Of a DNA stretch of 64,000 nucleotides, positions 16,768 through 26,986 are shown piece by piece; positions within the stretch are counted from its first letter, which is position 1; each line of letters starts with the position of its first letter. The translations under genes were made by a program, and so were the position numbers. Source of the DNA: an uncultured virus (IMG/VR IMGVR_UViG_3300027804_000002) (lineage: Duplodnaviria > Heunggongvirae > Uroviricota > Caudoviricetes); IMG/VR virus record IMGVR_UViG_3300027804_000002. One strand, 5' to 3'. The notes beneath the pieces are model-generated. The model worked only from the letters and a program-made list of their open reading frames with translations, had not been told where the DNA came from and did no database searches.

Positions 16768-18702
16768 ATGATTTACAGCATTGACTTTGAAACCCGTAGC
16801 TTTGCCGATCTACCAGAAGTAGGACTCGACAAATACGCTAACTGCCTATCCACCGAAGTGTTGTGTATTGCGTGGGGCACATCACCAGATAACGTTTGTG
16901 TTGCAACTCCTGATGTTTTAGAAGACGAGGAGCATGAACTTATATCGCACGTTAGAAATGGTGGCAAGATTGCCGCATGGAACGCCATGTTTGAATACGC
17001 AATATGGAACTGTGTCTGCGTGCCTAAGTATGGTTGGCCTGAGTTAAAGCTGGAGCAGTGTATTGACACCATGGCCGTAGCGGCGGCTAACAACGTGCCA
17101 CAGAGCCTTGATGATGCCGGTTTGTTTATGAACGCCCAGTACCAGAAAGACCCTATTGGCAAGAGGCTTATTCAGAAGCTATGCAAACCCAATAATAAAG
17201 GAGTCTTTAATAACGACCCGGAACTGATGATACAGCTATGTGATTACTGTGCCCAAGACGTCCGCACAGAGATGGCCATAGGAAGCGTTTTAAGGCCCCT
17301 AGAAGACGCCGAACAGGTAGTCTGGACCCTCACCCAGCGGATCAATACAAGAGGCGTACCGGTCGATCCAGACGAGCTTAGAAACGCCGTATTAGCATGT
17401 GAGAAAGCCCAAGCAGCCTTAGACCAGGAATGCCTTGAACTAACCGGCTGTAAGCCATCTGAACGCCAGAAGTTACTGGACTGGCTTAATGAACAAGGCG
17501 CCGACATGGAAGACTTGACCGCCGAGACCGTTTCAAAGAAGTTAGTGAACACTAACTTTGATAATTTGTTTTCAGGGGAAGATGTTAAAAGGGCGCTAGA
17601 GTTGCGCCAAGAAGGAAGCCAAACTAGCGTGGCTAAGTACGCTAAAATGTTGGAGGTACAAAGGAATGGCAGGATACGAAACACGCTCGTCTATCACGGG
17701 GCTTCTACTGGTCGCTGGGCTTCTCGCGGTGGACTTAATCTTCAAAATATTGCTCGCCCCACTATCAGTGATACAGAGATTGAGGCGGCGATACCACGAC
17801 TTTTTGGCGAGGCAAATGGATCGATGGACGAACTGTCCTCACTCGTTCGATCTGCTATTAGGGCGCCACAAGGCCGTACATTCGTGGATGTGGATTTTTC
17901 AAGCATTGAAAACCGAGTTGGCGTATATCTTGCGGATCAAAAAGACAAGATAGAACTATTCAGGAAAGGATTAGATGAGTATAAAGTATTCGCCTCCACA
18001 TCCCTGTACCGAGTCCCGTATGAAGAAGTTACGAAGGATCAAAGACAAATTGCTAAGTCGGCGGTTCTGGGCGCAATGTTTGGTCAGGGTGCTAAGGGCT
18101 TAGTTAAGTATGCGGCAGGCATGGGCGTCAACATAACCGAGACCCAAGCTAAGAGTGCGGTAGACAACTACCGGGCGTCGTATCTGATGGTTAAGAACTT
18201 ATGGACTAAGTGTGAGACCGCTTCAATTCAAGCCGTACAAAATCCTGGCACAACGTTTGATGCCGGCAGTAAGATTAAAATGAAAGTCACAAAGAACGCA
18301 CTGTGGATGAGATTACCAAGTGGTAGATTGATCTGCTGGCAAAGGCCAGAGCTCGAGTTGCTGACCACACCATGGGGCGCGCAAAAGATGGGTGTTACTG
18401 TCCATTCCCAAAACACTTACACTCGGCAGTGGAGTAGAAATGCTTTGATTGGTAGCAGTATCTTCCAGTCCGCCGTTCAGGCTACTGCTAGGGACTTCTT
18501 GGCTAATGCCATGCTCAATCTTGAAAATGCGGGATATAGCGTTATAAACAGCATCCATGACGAGGTACTCCTTCTTGTGGAAGAACAAAACGGGGAGTCC
18601 GCAATGAGTGATGTGGTTCGTATTATGACCACGCCACCATCATGGGCTCCCGATTTTCCTCTTGCTGCGGAGGGTTGGTACGGTAAACGTTACAGGAAGT
18701 AA
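16768..18702 (+). CDS. Family A DNA polymerase with 3'-5' exonuclease domain
   Basis: 'IDFET' exo I, 'TGRWAS', motif A 'DFSSIENR', motif B 'RQIAKSAVLGAMFG', motif C 'IHDE'. Confidence 0.92.
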   Translation: MIYSIDFETRSFADLPEVGLDKYANCLSTEVLCIAWGTSPDNVCVATPDVLEDEEHELISHVRNGGKIAAWNAMFEYAIWNCVCVPKYGWPELKLEQCIDTMAVAAANNVPQSLDDAGLFMNAQYQKDPIGKRLIQKLCKPNNKGVFNNDPELMIQLCDYCAQDVRTEMAIGSVLRPLEDAEQVVWTLTQRINTRGVPVDPDELRNAVLACEKAQAALDQECLELTGCKPSERQKLLDWLNEQGADMEDLTAETVSKKLVNTNFDNLFSGEDVKRALELRQEGSQTSVAKYAKMLEVQRNGRIRNTLVYHGASTGRWASRGGLNLQNIARPTISDTEIEAAIPRLFGEANGSMDELSSLVRSAIRAPQGRTFVDVDFSSIENRVGVYLADQKDKIELFRKGLDEYKVFASTSLYRVPYEEVTKDQRQIAKSAVLGAMFGQGAKGLVKYAAGMGVNITETQAKSAVDNYRASYLMVKNLWTKCETASIQAVQNPGTTFDAGSKIKMKVTKNALWMRLPSGRLICWQRPELELLTTPWGAQKMGVTVHSQNTYTRQWSRNALIGSSIFQSAVQATARDFLANAMLNLENAGYSVINSIHDEVLLLVEEQNGESAMSDVVRIMTTPPSWAPDFPLAAEGWYGKRYRK

Positions 18703-18703
18703 G

Positions 18704-21079
18704 TTAGCACTTCCACTTGCGGAGTGCTTTGTTGATGCGTGAATCCGGATCGTTGGCGGTCTTTGAAGAAGTTAGTTTTTTCTTCATGCCGCCCATCCTA
18801 GCGCAAAATGACTTCTTACGTGAGCCGCCTTCTGGCTGTGGTGCCTTCAATGTGCCACCAGTCTCACGCTTGTATGACGCACGACCTAAAGCGTTTAAAC
18901 CGCCCGATGGGCTTTTGCCTTCAGAACGTTGCCATGCTGGTGTAGTACTGCCACCCTCAGCAAACATTCTTCTTCTAGGCATAGGTTTTGGTATTGGCTT
19001 TGGAGTATAAGGCAGGGCTCTTTTAGCAAACGATGGGTTTATATTACCACTTAACGGAGGCGCAACACGTCTTTGTTGAAACGGCTGTTGCGGTGTTATT
19101 GGTGCAACAGGTTTTGGTGCGGTTGTTGGCGCAACAGGAGCTAAACTATTTAAACCTGATCCAACACTAGGTGTGTTAGTTACAACTGGCGACCCAGATT
19201 TATCAAAATTATTTATAGGATCCGTGCCAGGAGCAAAAGTTGGCAACGGTGCTACTTGTGAATTACCAGGAGAACCTTGAAGCCAATCAGCAGATGGGGG
19301 TGTGTATCCACCGCTAGGAGCATTCCAGGTTTCACCAGTTGCTTTATTGTAATAAGGCACTAAGGCCTGTGTAGAAGGACCCGTCGGAGCCGTAAATCCA
19401 TATGGGTTAGAATTTGTTTGTTCAGTAGATTGAACCAAACCGCCCGTAAGATAATGTTTTACTTGTCCACCTTCTTTAAAGTTTAGATTAAGTGGGTTCA
19501 GTATCTGAGCAGCGCCTTGACCGGTTGTTTCTTGAGCACGACTGCCGACAGGGGCATTGACAGGTATTGCTATTCCACCGCCTGTATAAATGGTGGGTTT
19601 TTTCTTTTGCACATGTACGCCAGCGGGGCCAAGGTTTACTTTATTAACGTCATACTTTTCACCCAGCATGCGTTTCATGTAATCTTCTAACTCCTGCTTG
19701 GTAAAACCTTTTTGGTACGTATCACGGCTTGTGATGATTGACATTGGTTCTGGGCCGGGTCTGCCTTTTGCTTTCATTACATCGGCGCCACGTGTTGTTA
19801 CAATGCCCTGACCGCCCGGTTCAATTACTCTGCCGATGTGGCTTGCAATCTCATCTCTAACTTTAGGCGGCACAACATTCATAACATTTAAGTTAGTCAG
19901 TTTGCCGTATGCTTCTGTGGGGATTTGTTTAGGATCAATGAACGTTGGCTTCCAACCTTTTGGAAACGGCTCATAGGTATCTGCTTTTAGAATCTTAGCA
20001 CCTTCACCAAGACCAGCACCAAAGTCTAGTGCTCTACCCTGTGCGCCGCGTTTTTTTAATTCTTCTTCAGCTTTTTCGTATGTTGGCAAAGTGCCAATGA
20101 TTTGAGTGCGGGCTGCATTCTCAGCCGGCGGCAAACCACCCTTACTTAAATGCGGAACTTTTTTTTTATTATTTTCCCGTATTGCTTTAGCTGCGCGTTC
20201 AGCCTTAGACATTTTATTCTTTGCTGACCCACCTTCAGCCATCTGTTGTGGCTGCTGGGGTTGAGCCTGTGCAGGATTTTGACTTTTCTTTTTAAGATAA
20301 TCAAGGAACGTATTTAAACCCTCAGCACCTAGTCCAATAGCCGTACCACCAATACGTGTTACAGGGTGTGGGATCATAGCCGCTGCAGTACCTAACGCAC
20401 CAATACCGCTAATTATTGAACCGCTGGTGTCACCAGCGTTGTAACGATTAAGCGCATCTGAACCTTGCAGACCAGCACCAAGTCCAACAGCACCACGACC
20501 AAGCATACCCATTGGCGCAGTTAATGCGGATTTAAAACCTCTAGGAGCTTTTGCTGCAGTTTGTTGGTTTTTTAAGGCGTCCATTTCTGCTTGACGTTGT
20601 GCAGCAAAGCGAGCTTGACGGGCAGTTTCTGCATCTGCTAGTTCAGCGGCTTTTTCAACATTGTAAGGGCCAGTCATCTTAGAAGCAATTTTACCTCTAC
20701 CTACAGGCTTATTTTTTTCGGCCTGTATGCGTTTAAATTCTTCATTTACTTCTTGAACTGTTTTACCTTCACCAGCACCAAAGCCAGTTTTTCTTGCCCA
20801 TTTTTGACCGGCTGAATCCCATTCTAAATCAGCAGGATTAACACCCATTTGTTTTGCAATGCTAGTACGTTGTCTTTCTTTTGCCCCAACATTTACAACG
20901 GGACCAGCGGCGGCTCCAACTGCAGCTCCTGCACCACCCATCATAACTTGATTTACGGCTTCAGTAGCTGCGTCAGGAGAAGGAGGTGCTGACTCTGTTT
21001 GTTTTGACGCAGCAAGCTCTTGTTCAGCCCGCTGCCTAAATTCAAATTCTTCTAGTTCTTGAGCAGTAAATTGAGACAT
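18704..21079 (-). CDS. Modular virion/ejection-region protein with an internal SAM-methyltransferase domain and a C-terminal DUF6321-like module
   Basis: 'ALDFGAGLG' motif I; C-terminal 'AWQRSEGKSPSGGLN...SFCARM...RINKALRKWKC'; modules separated by xxxGG motifs. Confidence 0.7.
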   Translation of the reverse strand: MSQFTAQELEEFEFRQRAEQELAASKQTESAPPSPDAATEAVNQVMMGGAGAAVGAAAGPVVNVGAKERQRTSIAKQMGVNPADLEWDSAGQKWARKTGFGAGEGKTVQEVNEEFKRIQAEKNKPVGRGKIASKMTGPYNVEKAAELADAETARQARFAAQRQAEMDALKNQQTAAKAPRGFKSALTAPMGMLGRGAVGLGAGLQGSDALNRYNAGDTSGSIISGIGALGTAAAMIPHPVTRIGGTAIGLGAEGLNTFLDYLKKKSQNPAQAQPQQPQQMAEGGSAKNKMSKAERAAKAIRENNKKKVPHLSKGGLPPAENAARTQIIGTLPTYEKAEEELKKRGAQGRALDFGAGLGEGAKILKADTYEPFPKGWKPTFIDPKQIPTEAYGKLTNLNVMNVVPPKVRDEIASHIGRVIEPGGQGIVTTRGADVMKAKGRPGPEPMSIITSRDTYQKGFTKQELEDYMKRMLGEKYDVNKVNLGPAGVHVQKKKPTIYTGGGIAIPVNAPVGSRAQETTGQGAAQILNPLNLNFKEGGQVKHYLTGGLVQSTEQTNSNPYGFTAPTGPSTQALVPYYNKATGETWNAPSGGYTPPSADWLQGSPGNSQVAPLPTFAPGTDPINNFDKSGSPVVTNTPSVGSGLNSLAPVAPTTAPKPVAPITPQQPFQQRRVAPPLSGNINPSFAKRALPYTPKPIPKPMPRRRMFAEGGSTTPAWQRSEGKSPSGGLNALGRASYKRETGGTLKAPQPEGGSRKKSFCARMGGMKKKLTSSKTANDPDSRINKALRKWKC

Positions 21080-23106
21080 TACTTAGGGCCCCTTTGTTGT
21101 AAATACAACTGATATCTTTTTTCTTTATCTGCGTCTTTATAAACAAATGGAGATGCAGCTGGTTTTGCTGCAGAAGATTGAGCTTCTCCAGTGCCCATTA
21201 CAACGCTATTACCAGATCTATCTTTTTCATTTAATGAGGCACCAACATTTTTAGCTTTACCCATGTCAATGTTGACACTATTAGCAAAATCCATCATTCT
21301 GTTGTTATAATCTTCACGCAATGCGCGGGCTTCTTTAGTAACTCTATACTGATCAAAATTACCCCTTGGATTACTGCCTTTCCAAGTATCGTAACTGTCG
21401 CCAACTTTTTGATCGTATTCAGCGCGCATTTTGCCCCATGCAAGATATTCTTTAATTGCACCTGGTGAGTTAAGTCTACTACCAGTAAGTTCTGCAATTA
21501 AGCCACGTTCAGCATCAGATACCGCACCTTGACCGGCAAGAAGTACTTTAGCTTCTTGCAATTTCATTTTAGCAAATTCACGACCTACAATTTGAGCTGC
21601 ATCTTTTTCAGCTTGACTAGCGTCTTTCATTGTGGACGCTATTAATTTATCAAAGTCTGTAATACCAATAGAATAATTTCCAGCCTTCACAGCGCTTTGA
21701 ACTAATGCACCAACACCGTTCCAAAATCCAGGTTTTTCAAATACACCAAAAACACGATTCGTTCTTGGATCTGTAACGTATTTTTCAATATTTACAATAG
21801 ATGCAAGTCTTGTACCAGAAGTACTACCGGCTTCAAGTATCTCAGCTTCTTTACCACCAATATATTTACCAGAAGCAGTGCCTGCGGCAACTTCTTTAGC
21901 TTCTGTACCTTTTAATTCAACTTCAGCTTGCGGTATAGTTTTCCGTTGTGGTGCACCAACTACAACTTCAGCCGGAGCTGTAGTTAAACCAGCTTTTTGT
22001 TTTGCTTGCGCAATATACTCACCAACAGTTGGGGCATTTGGATTACGTGGATCACGACGGTTTACATCAATAGTGCCGTCTGCTTTAATAGCACCAGGAC
22101 CGCCATAATAGGCAGCCATAACTTTATCTGGATCACCTTTGTACTGTTTATAGTATTTATCAATTAACGCATCACCAGCAGTTTTGTTGTGCTGGGGGTT
22201 GTTAATATCATAGTTTTGGGGAATTAATCCTTCTTTCTTAAGTCCTTCAAATGTATCAGGTAGAATTTGCATAGGACCAACAGCACCAGCGTAGTTTGGT
22301 TTAGAAGTATCTAGTTTACCGCCTAAACTTTCTTGGTTAAATATGCCGGTTTTAATTGCAGACAGCGTGTCTGCCGGAGCTTTTGCTGCACTTGGCTTAG
22401 ATGTAGGCATAATAATCCTGTCACCATAACCTATTTCTTTATAACGTTTAGCAGTTTCCGCGTCAATATAATCAAGTTCACCAGTTTGGGGATCAACAAA
22501 TTTAATTTTGTTTTCGTAAGTTGCTGGGTTGTATCTAAATTGCGCTTGTATTTGCGCCATTTTTTGAGCGTATGGATTGTAAATGCTGTTCCACTCTTCT
22601 TGTGTTCTTGCGTTGCTTAATGCTCTTTTAATTTCAGCAGGCATTTGATCAAATACAGACTGGCGCATACTAGCACCACCAGGAGCACCGGCACCACCGG
22701 CACCACCGGTTGGGACGCCGCCAGTTAACTCAGCTTGTTTACGCTCGTTAAAGGCTTTTTGTTGTGCAGCAGATGAACGTAATGCAGCCATTTGTTGGCG
22801 CATGTTAAATAACTCACGATCTTCTGCTAATTTTTGTTGGTCCATAGCTGTCAACGCAGCAGATGGCCCTTTTTCACCACCGGATCCCCAAGCAGCCGCA
22901 CGTTGTAAACCACGCTCAAATGTACTAAATGCGCCTGTTCGTTCATTAACCATACCTTGCATATTGGCTAATAACTCTTCAGTTTGAGTTGGGTCCATAG
23001 CAATGGTGCCAACAGGTGACAAACCTTTGCCAGTGGCTTTTACAGCAGCACCAGTAGCAGTGGGTTTTTCGTCTTCTTCTAAGGTATCAAGTCCGGGTGT
23101 TGTCAT
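21079..23106 (-). CDS. Ejection protein with lytic transglycosylase domain
   Basis: 'NQESLG', 'GAVGPMQI', 'AAYYGGPG' SLT motifs. Confidence 0.8.
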   Translation of the reverse strand: MTTPGLDTLEEDEKPTATGAAVKATGKGLSPVGTIAMDPTQTEELLANMQGMVNERTGAFSTFERGLQRAAAWGSGGEKGPSAALTAMDQQKLAEDRELFNMRQQMAALRSSAAQQKAFNERKQAELTGGVPTGGAGGAGAPGGASMRQSVFDQMPAEIKRALSNARTQEEWNSIYNPYAQKMAQIQAQFRYNPATYENKIKFVDPQTGELDYIDAETAKRYKEIGYGDRIIMPTSKPSAAKAPADTLSAIKTGIFNQESLGGKLDTSKPNYAGAVGPMQILPDTFEGLKKEGLIPQNYDINNPQHNKTAGDALIDKYYKQYKGDPDKVMAAYYGGPGAIKADGTIDVNRRDPRNPNAPTVGEYIAQAKQKAGLTTAPAEVVVGAPQRKTIPQAEVELKGTEAKEVAAGTASGKYIGGKEAEILEAGSTSGTRLASIVNIEKYVTDPRTNRVFGVFEKPGFWNGVGALVQSAVKAGNYSIGITDFDKLIASTMKDASQAEKDAAQIVGREFAKMKLQEAKVLLAGQGAVSDAERGLIAELTGSRLNSPGAIKEYLAWGKMRAEYDQKVGDSYDTWKGSNPRGNFDQYRVTKEARALREDYNNRMMDFANSVNIDMGKAKNVGASLNEKDRSGNSVVMGTGEAQSSAAKPAASPFVYKDADKEKRYQLYLQQRGPK

Positions 23107-23108
23107 AA

Positions 23109-24173
23109 TTATGGTTCGTAATTCTCTATGTTATTATAACCTTCATATGGGTTTGATGGTTCGTAAGTATTCCAATCAAAATCAGATCCGCCGCCACCGC
23201 CGCCACCCATATCAAAATCTTCTCCGGTATCGCCGGTACCGCCACCAACATCCCTGTTATCTAAATCTGGATTTGGGTTTGGTATGTATGTTCCACCGCC
23301 ACCACCACCTCCAGGTACATATACATCACCACTTCCGCCTCCGGTGCCACCAATGTTAATTCCAGCACGTTTAAAGAAATCCATTAAGCCACCAGCAGGT
23401 TTGTAGCCGGGTTCTCCAGGTTTTCCTACCGCAGGGAATAGCTCTTTGAGTAACTTATCAGTACCACTAATAGAACCACCAAGAGCAGAAACAATAGAAC
23501 CAATTTGGTTAAGAGGTGATAGGTTGGTAACGTTTTTGGTTGTAGTTGGGATCTGCATACCGCCAAGGATTTTACCTAGAGCAGATGAGGCAAAGAACGG
23601 ATCAGACTGTTGGGCCTGTCCTAATGACGTCATAGACTGAACGCCTTGACTTCCTACTTGACCTAGTGCGCCGGCGGCTTGTGCGCCAACGCCTTGAGCT
23701 TGTAAGGCTGCGTTCATTTGGTCGGCAAACAACTTAGACTGTGCGTCGGCCATGGCTTTATTAACTGCAGTCTGCCCACGCAAACTACCAAAATTACCAG
23801 AAGCAATATTACCCCCTTCAACGGGAGCAGTATATTGAGGCATTAATTGTTCTAATGCTTGGTTTTGAGCTTGGAATAAACCACCCATTGGAGTGGCTAC
23901 ATTGGGAGTAACTTGACCTGTGTCACTAACAAGCCAAGGATTAGCAGCACCAGAAGCAATTTGGTTTAGGGTTCCTTGAGCTTGAGTAAAAGGATTTTGT
24001 GAACCGCTAAGTTGATTAATAGCTTGACCAGCAACAGTGTTTTGTAAACTAGGAACATTACCAGCCGCAGTGGTTGCTTGGTTTACAACATTCTGTTGCG
24101 CGGTATCAAACCACGATGGCATTGAGGTGGATTGAACCGCCTCGTTTGATATAAAATTAGATAAGCCAGCCAT
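23109..24173 (-). CDS. Putative ejection/pilot protein
   Basis: Gln/Ala/Gly-rich, located among internal virion genes. Confidence 0.55.
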   Translation of the reverse strand: MAGLSNFISNEAVQSTSMPSWFDTAQQNVVNQATTAAGNVPSLQNTVAGQAINQLSGSQNPFTQAQGTLNQIASGAANPWLVSDTGQVTPNVATPMGGLFQAQNQALEQLMPQYTAPVEGGNIASGNFGSLRGQTAVNKAMADAQSKLFADQMNAALQAQGVGAQAAGALGQVGSQGVQSMTSLGQAQQSDPFFASSALGKILGGMQIPTTTKNVTNLSPLNQIGSIVSALGGSISGTDKLLKELFPAVGKPGEPGYKPAGGLMDFFKRAGINIGGTGGGSGDVYVPGGGGGGGTYIPNPNPDLDNRDVGGGTGDTGEDFDMGGGGGGGSDFDWNTYEPSNPYEGYNNIENYEP

Positions 24174-26197
24174 TATTTTTTCACCTTCTTTTTCGCTTCC
24201 GTTAGGTATCCCAACGCGCCTTTACTATCTGGCGGTAATTTTCTTGAATCTGCTTTACGTTTATGTTCACGAATTGTTTTTAAAAATTCGCTTAATATTT
24301 CTGCACCACTATCATTACTGCCGTTACCTAATGATGATACAACATCTGCGGGAATTACAAACTCACCGTTTGCTAACATTGCTGGGATACTATCGCTAGT
24401 ACCATCACCCTTACCTTTTACGTAACTGTTCTTTAACGAGTTTAAACCACCTTCGCTAAAGAACTCAGGATTGTGTCCAATAGGACCACCTTCTTTTGCA
24501 GCTTTCCATTCTTTACCAAATGGGTAACCTGCCAATTCATAATTTAATGTTTTTGGTTTAACTATTCCTGGTTTTAACGCCATAATACTAGAACCGCTGC
24601 TTAAAAATGGTGAAGTGCCAGTGTAGCTTAAATCATAAACACCTTGTGTGTCAGTAGCAGGTCTGCCGCCGGTTGCCATTTCTTGAGGTTCTTGTTCTGG
24701 CGCCGAACCAATTAAACTATAATTTGGATCTCCAGTTAATACGTTAGATGTTAGTTGTGAACCGTATTGTGAGTTTAACATTAAACCAGGATCGGCCGCA
24801 GTTTGATTTGCGCCAGGTGTTGGTTTTTTAACCATGCCTTTGCGAATAGTTGCTGCTCTTGACAAACCAGGTCTACCAATTTTTACAGCAAAACCAGAAC
24901 CAGATTTTTCATCAGGAATTTCTGTGTATTCTTCTTCTTGATACTCACCGCTCATGTCAAAGTCTTCGCCGGTGCCTTTATCACTCATGTCAAAGTCTTC
25001 GCCGGTGCCTTCTAAACTACCTAAACCACCCGTACTAGTTGCTTCAGTAACATCAATAACTTCACCGTCTGGTGACATTGTAAGCGTGGATCCGTCATCA
25101 TAAGTATATATTAGATTACCGCGCGTGTCAGGTTTTTGGTTTTCCAATCCATCCGAAACAATTTCTTTTGGTTCTGGAATAGGCGCACTCATATCAAAAT
25201 CTTCACCGGTTGCGTCTATTGGTGATTCTTCTTGATATGGGTCAACATAATCTAATGTAGATCTTGATTCACCAGCAGTTGGCAACATGCGGTCATACTC
25301 TTCTTGAGTAATCTCACCATCAGCTAATTGCTGGTCTAATTCTTCTTTAGTTGGCGCAGGTAAAGATACACCTTCACCCTCAACATCCTCTGCGCCAGTT
25401 ACGGTAACAGATGCTTGTGGTTGATCGCTAGTTATTGTGCTTGCTGTTTTAGCGTAGGGCGATGGGCCAGATTGTTCTGCGTCCGCTTGCCCTTTAGCAA
25501 TTGCGTATGATTCTTCTGGTGAAAAACCGTTTTGAATAGCGTCTCTAAATGTTTGAGACATTGTTATTTCATCAGAAGGAATATTTGTTTCTGCGGTTTG
25601 TATTGTTTCAGTTGGTGGTGTGTAAGGCTCACTTCTGTCAATTACGGGGGCAGTTCTGTCATCCAGACCGGCATAATCTCTAACACCGCCAGCTATTTCA
25701 TTAGTACCGTATCTAATAGCTGCGTTGCCAATCATAGAACCCAGTGCTTGAGCAGGATCTCTTCCTTGAGCTGCAGCAACTGCGGTATTGGCAATTGCTT
25801 GGTCAGCAAAACTTGAACCAGTGCTAAGATCAACTGGTAAATTAGCTGTAATGCCCTGGGTTATCATGCTAGTGCCAATGTTTTGCGCCACTTGCATTGG
25901 GTCGGCGCCGTTTGCTAATGCCAAGCCAGTGTTTAATACCATAGCCGCTTGGGCGGTAGTTGCACCAGCCCAAAGATAAGGCGCTACATATGGTGCCGCA
26001 ATAGCAACAGCAATAAGCGGTAACGCTTTAGCTGGGTCGTTAGCAATTGCTTCTACTGTTCTACCAACAGATTGAGCTGTATCTTCAACAAAATTACCTA
26101 CTTCTTGGGCAGCGTCGCCAATGGCTTCACCAACCGCGCCAACTGCGTCACCAACCGCTTCAAATGTATCTGATACAACTTCAACGACGGCAGCCAT
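24173..26197 (-). CDS. Putative ejection protein
   Basis: N-terminal amphipathic and hydrophobic segment, acidic middle, C-terminal 'GDGTSDSIPAMLANGEFV' motif also typical of tape-measure C-termini. Confidence 0.6.
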   Translation of the reverse strand: MAAVVEVVSDTFEAVGDAVGAVGEAIGDAAQEVGNFVEDTAQSVGRTVEAIANDPAKALPLIAVAIAAPYVAPYLWAGATTAQAAMVLNTGLALANGADPMQVAQNIGTSMITQGITANLPVDLSTGSSFADQAIANTAVAAAQGRDPAQALGSMIGNAAIRYGTNEIAGGVRDYAGLDDRTAPVIDRSEPYTPPTETIQTAETNIPSDEITMSQTFRDAIQNGFSPEESYAIAKGQADAEQSGPSPYAKTASTITSDQPQASVTVTGAEDVEGEGVSLPAPTKEELDQQLADGEITQEEYDRMLPTAGESRSTLDYVDPYQEESPIDATGEDFDMSAPIPEPKEIVSDGLENQKPDTRGNLIYTYDDGSTLTMSPDGEVIDVTEATSTGGLGSLEGTGEDFDMSDKGTGEDFDMSGEYQEEEYTEIPDEKSGSGFAVKIGRPGLSRAATIRKGMVKKPTPGANQTAADPGLMLNSQYGSQLTSNVLTGDPNYSLIGSAPEQEPQEMATGGRPATDTQGVYDLSYTGTSPFLSSGSSIMALKPGIVKPKTLNYELAGYPFGKEWKAAKEGGPIGHNPEFFSEGGLNSLKNSYVKGKGDGTSDSIPAMLANGEFVIPADVVSSLGNGSNDSGAEILSEFLKTIREHKRKADSRKLPPDSKGALGYLTEAKKKVKK

Positions 26198-26664
26198 TAC
26201 GCACCCATCCTTTCACCTTGCAATACAAGAGTTACTCGAATTTGTTTGCCGTCAGTTGACTTTTGTACGGTGTATCCCATATTGGGGTTTCCCAGTTCTT
26301 GTTCTTCTCGGGCGATATATTTAAAAATATTTAAAAGGGAAGGGTCGGAGAAAGTAGTCTGCAGTCCAGTAAAACCATCTTCAATTGCTTTGTCTACAAA
26401 CATTTTGCTGTTTTGTATAAAGTTTTCAGCGGTGTCTGCATTAAGGGCACGGAACACACCGAACTCTTCACGTTGTTCGGAAGGGTGGATTACAAAAACA
26501 GTATTGCCAAACTTATACAATCTGGCGTTAGGCAATCCTAATTCTGCCGTAAAAAACAAAAAAACTTGTTTAAATGGATACGGCGAACGAGTGTTTTCAG
26601 CCGCGATCTTTACGATCATGTCTGTGCCTAGTTCTTCTTGTTTGCTGTCGACCATTTGAGTCAT
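26197..26664 (-). CDS. Hypothetical protein heading the ejection-protein operon
   Basis: 155-aa ORF directly downstream of a late promoter. Confidence 0.6.
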   Translation of the reverse strand: MTQMVDSKQEELGTDMIVKIAAENTRSPYPFKQVFLFFTAELGLPNARLYKFGNTVFVIHPSEQREEFGVFRALNADTAENFIQNSKMFVDKAIEDGFTGLQTTFSDPSLLNIFKYIAREEQELGNPNMGYTVQKSTDGKQIRVTLVLQGERMGA

Positions 26665-26700
26665 AGCTGTTCCTGTTTAAAAGGTATGATTCTTACATAT

Positions 26701-26730
26701 ACTAATGCAAAAATATTGCATTTATCGCCC
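26701..26730 (-). promoter_or_regulatory. Late-type promoter GGGCG-N15-TTGCATTAGT
   Basis: Exact consensus match. Confidence 0.75.
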
Positions 26731-26734
26731 TAAA

Positions 26735-26986
26735 TCAAGTGGTTGGGCCGTTTAAAATAAAGCTAAGGGCTGAGGCCCAGTCTTGCCAAGTCTCAAATGC
26801 TTCCGGGTCTGGGACCGGATAGCTTTCAAATGTAGTTAGTTGGCTAATGTTTTTAGCTACTAGTTTCCAATTATCCTCGTTGTCATACATAATTGGCTCT
26901 TCGCCAAAGTAATGTAGGAAGTTGCCGTTCCAATCATCCCAAGACATATACTCTGGGTTGATTGGGAAGAATGTTTGGATACTCAC
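26735..26986 (-). CDS. Hypothetical Trp-rich protein
   Basis: Overlaps the stop of the tail hub gene. Confidence 0.6.
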   Translation of the reverse strand: MSIQTFFPINPEYMSWDDWNGNFLHYFGEEPIMYDNEDNWKLVAKNISQLTTFESYPVPDPEAFETWQDWASALSFILNGPTT

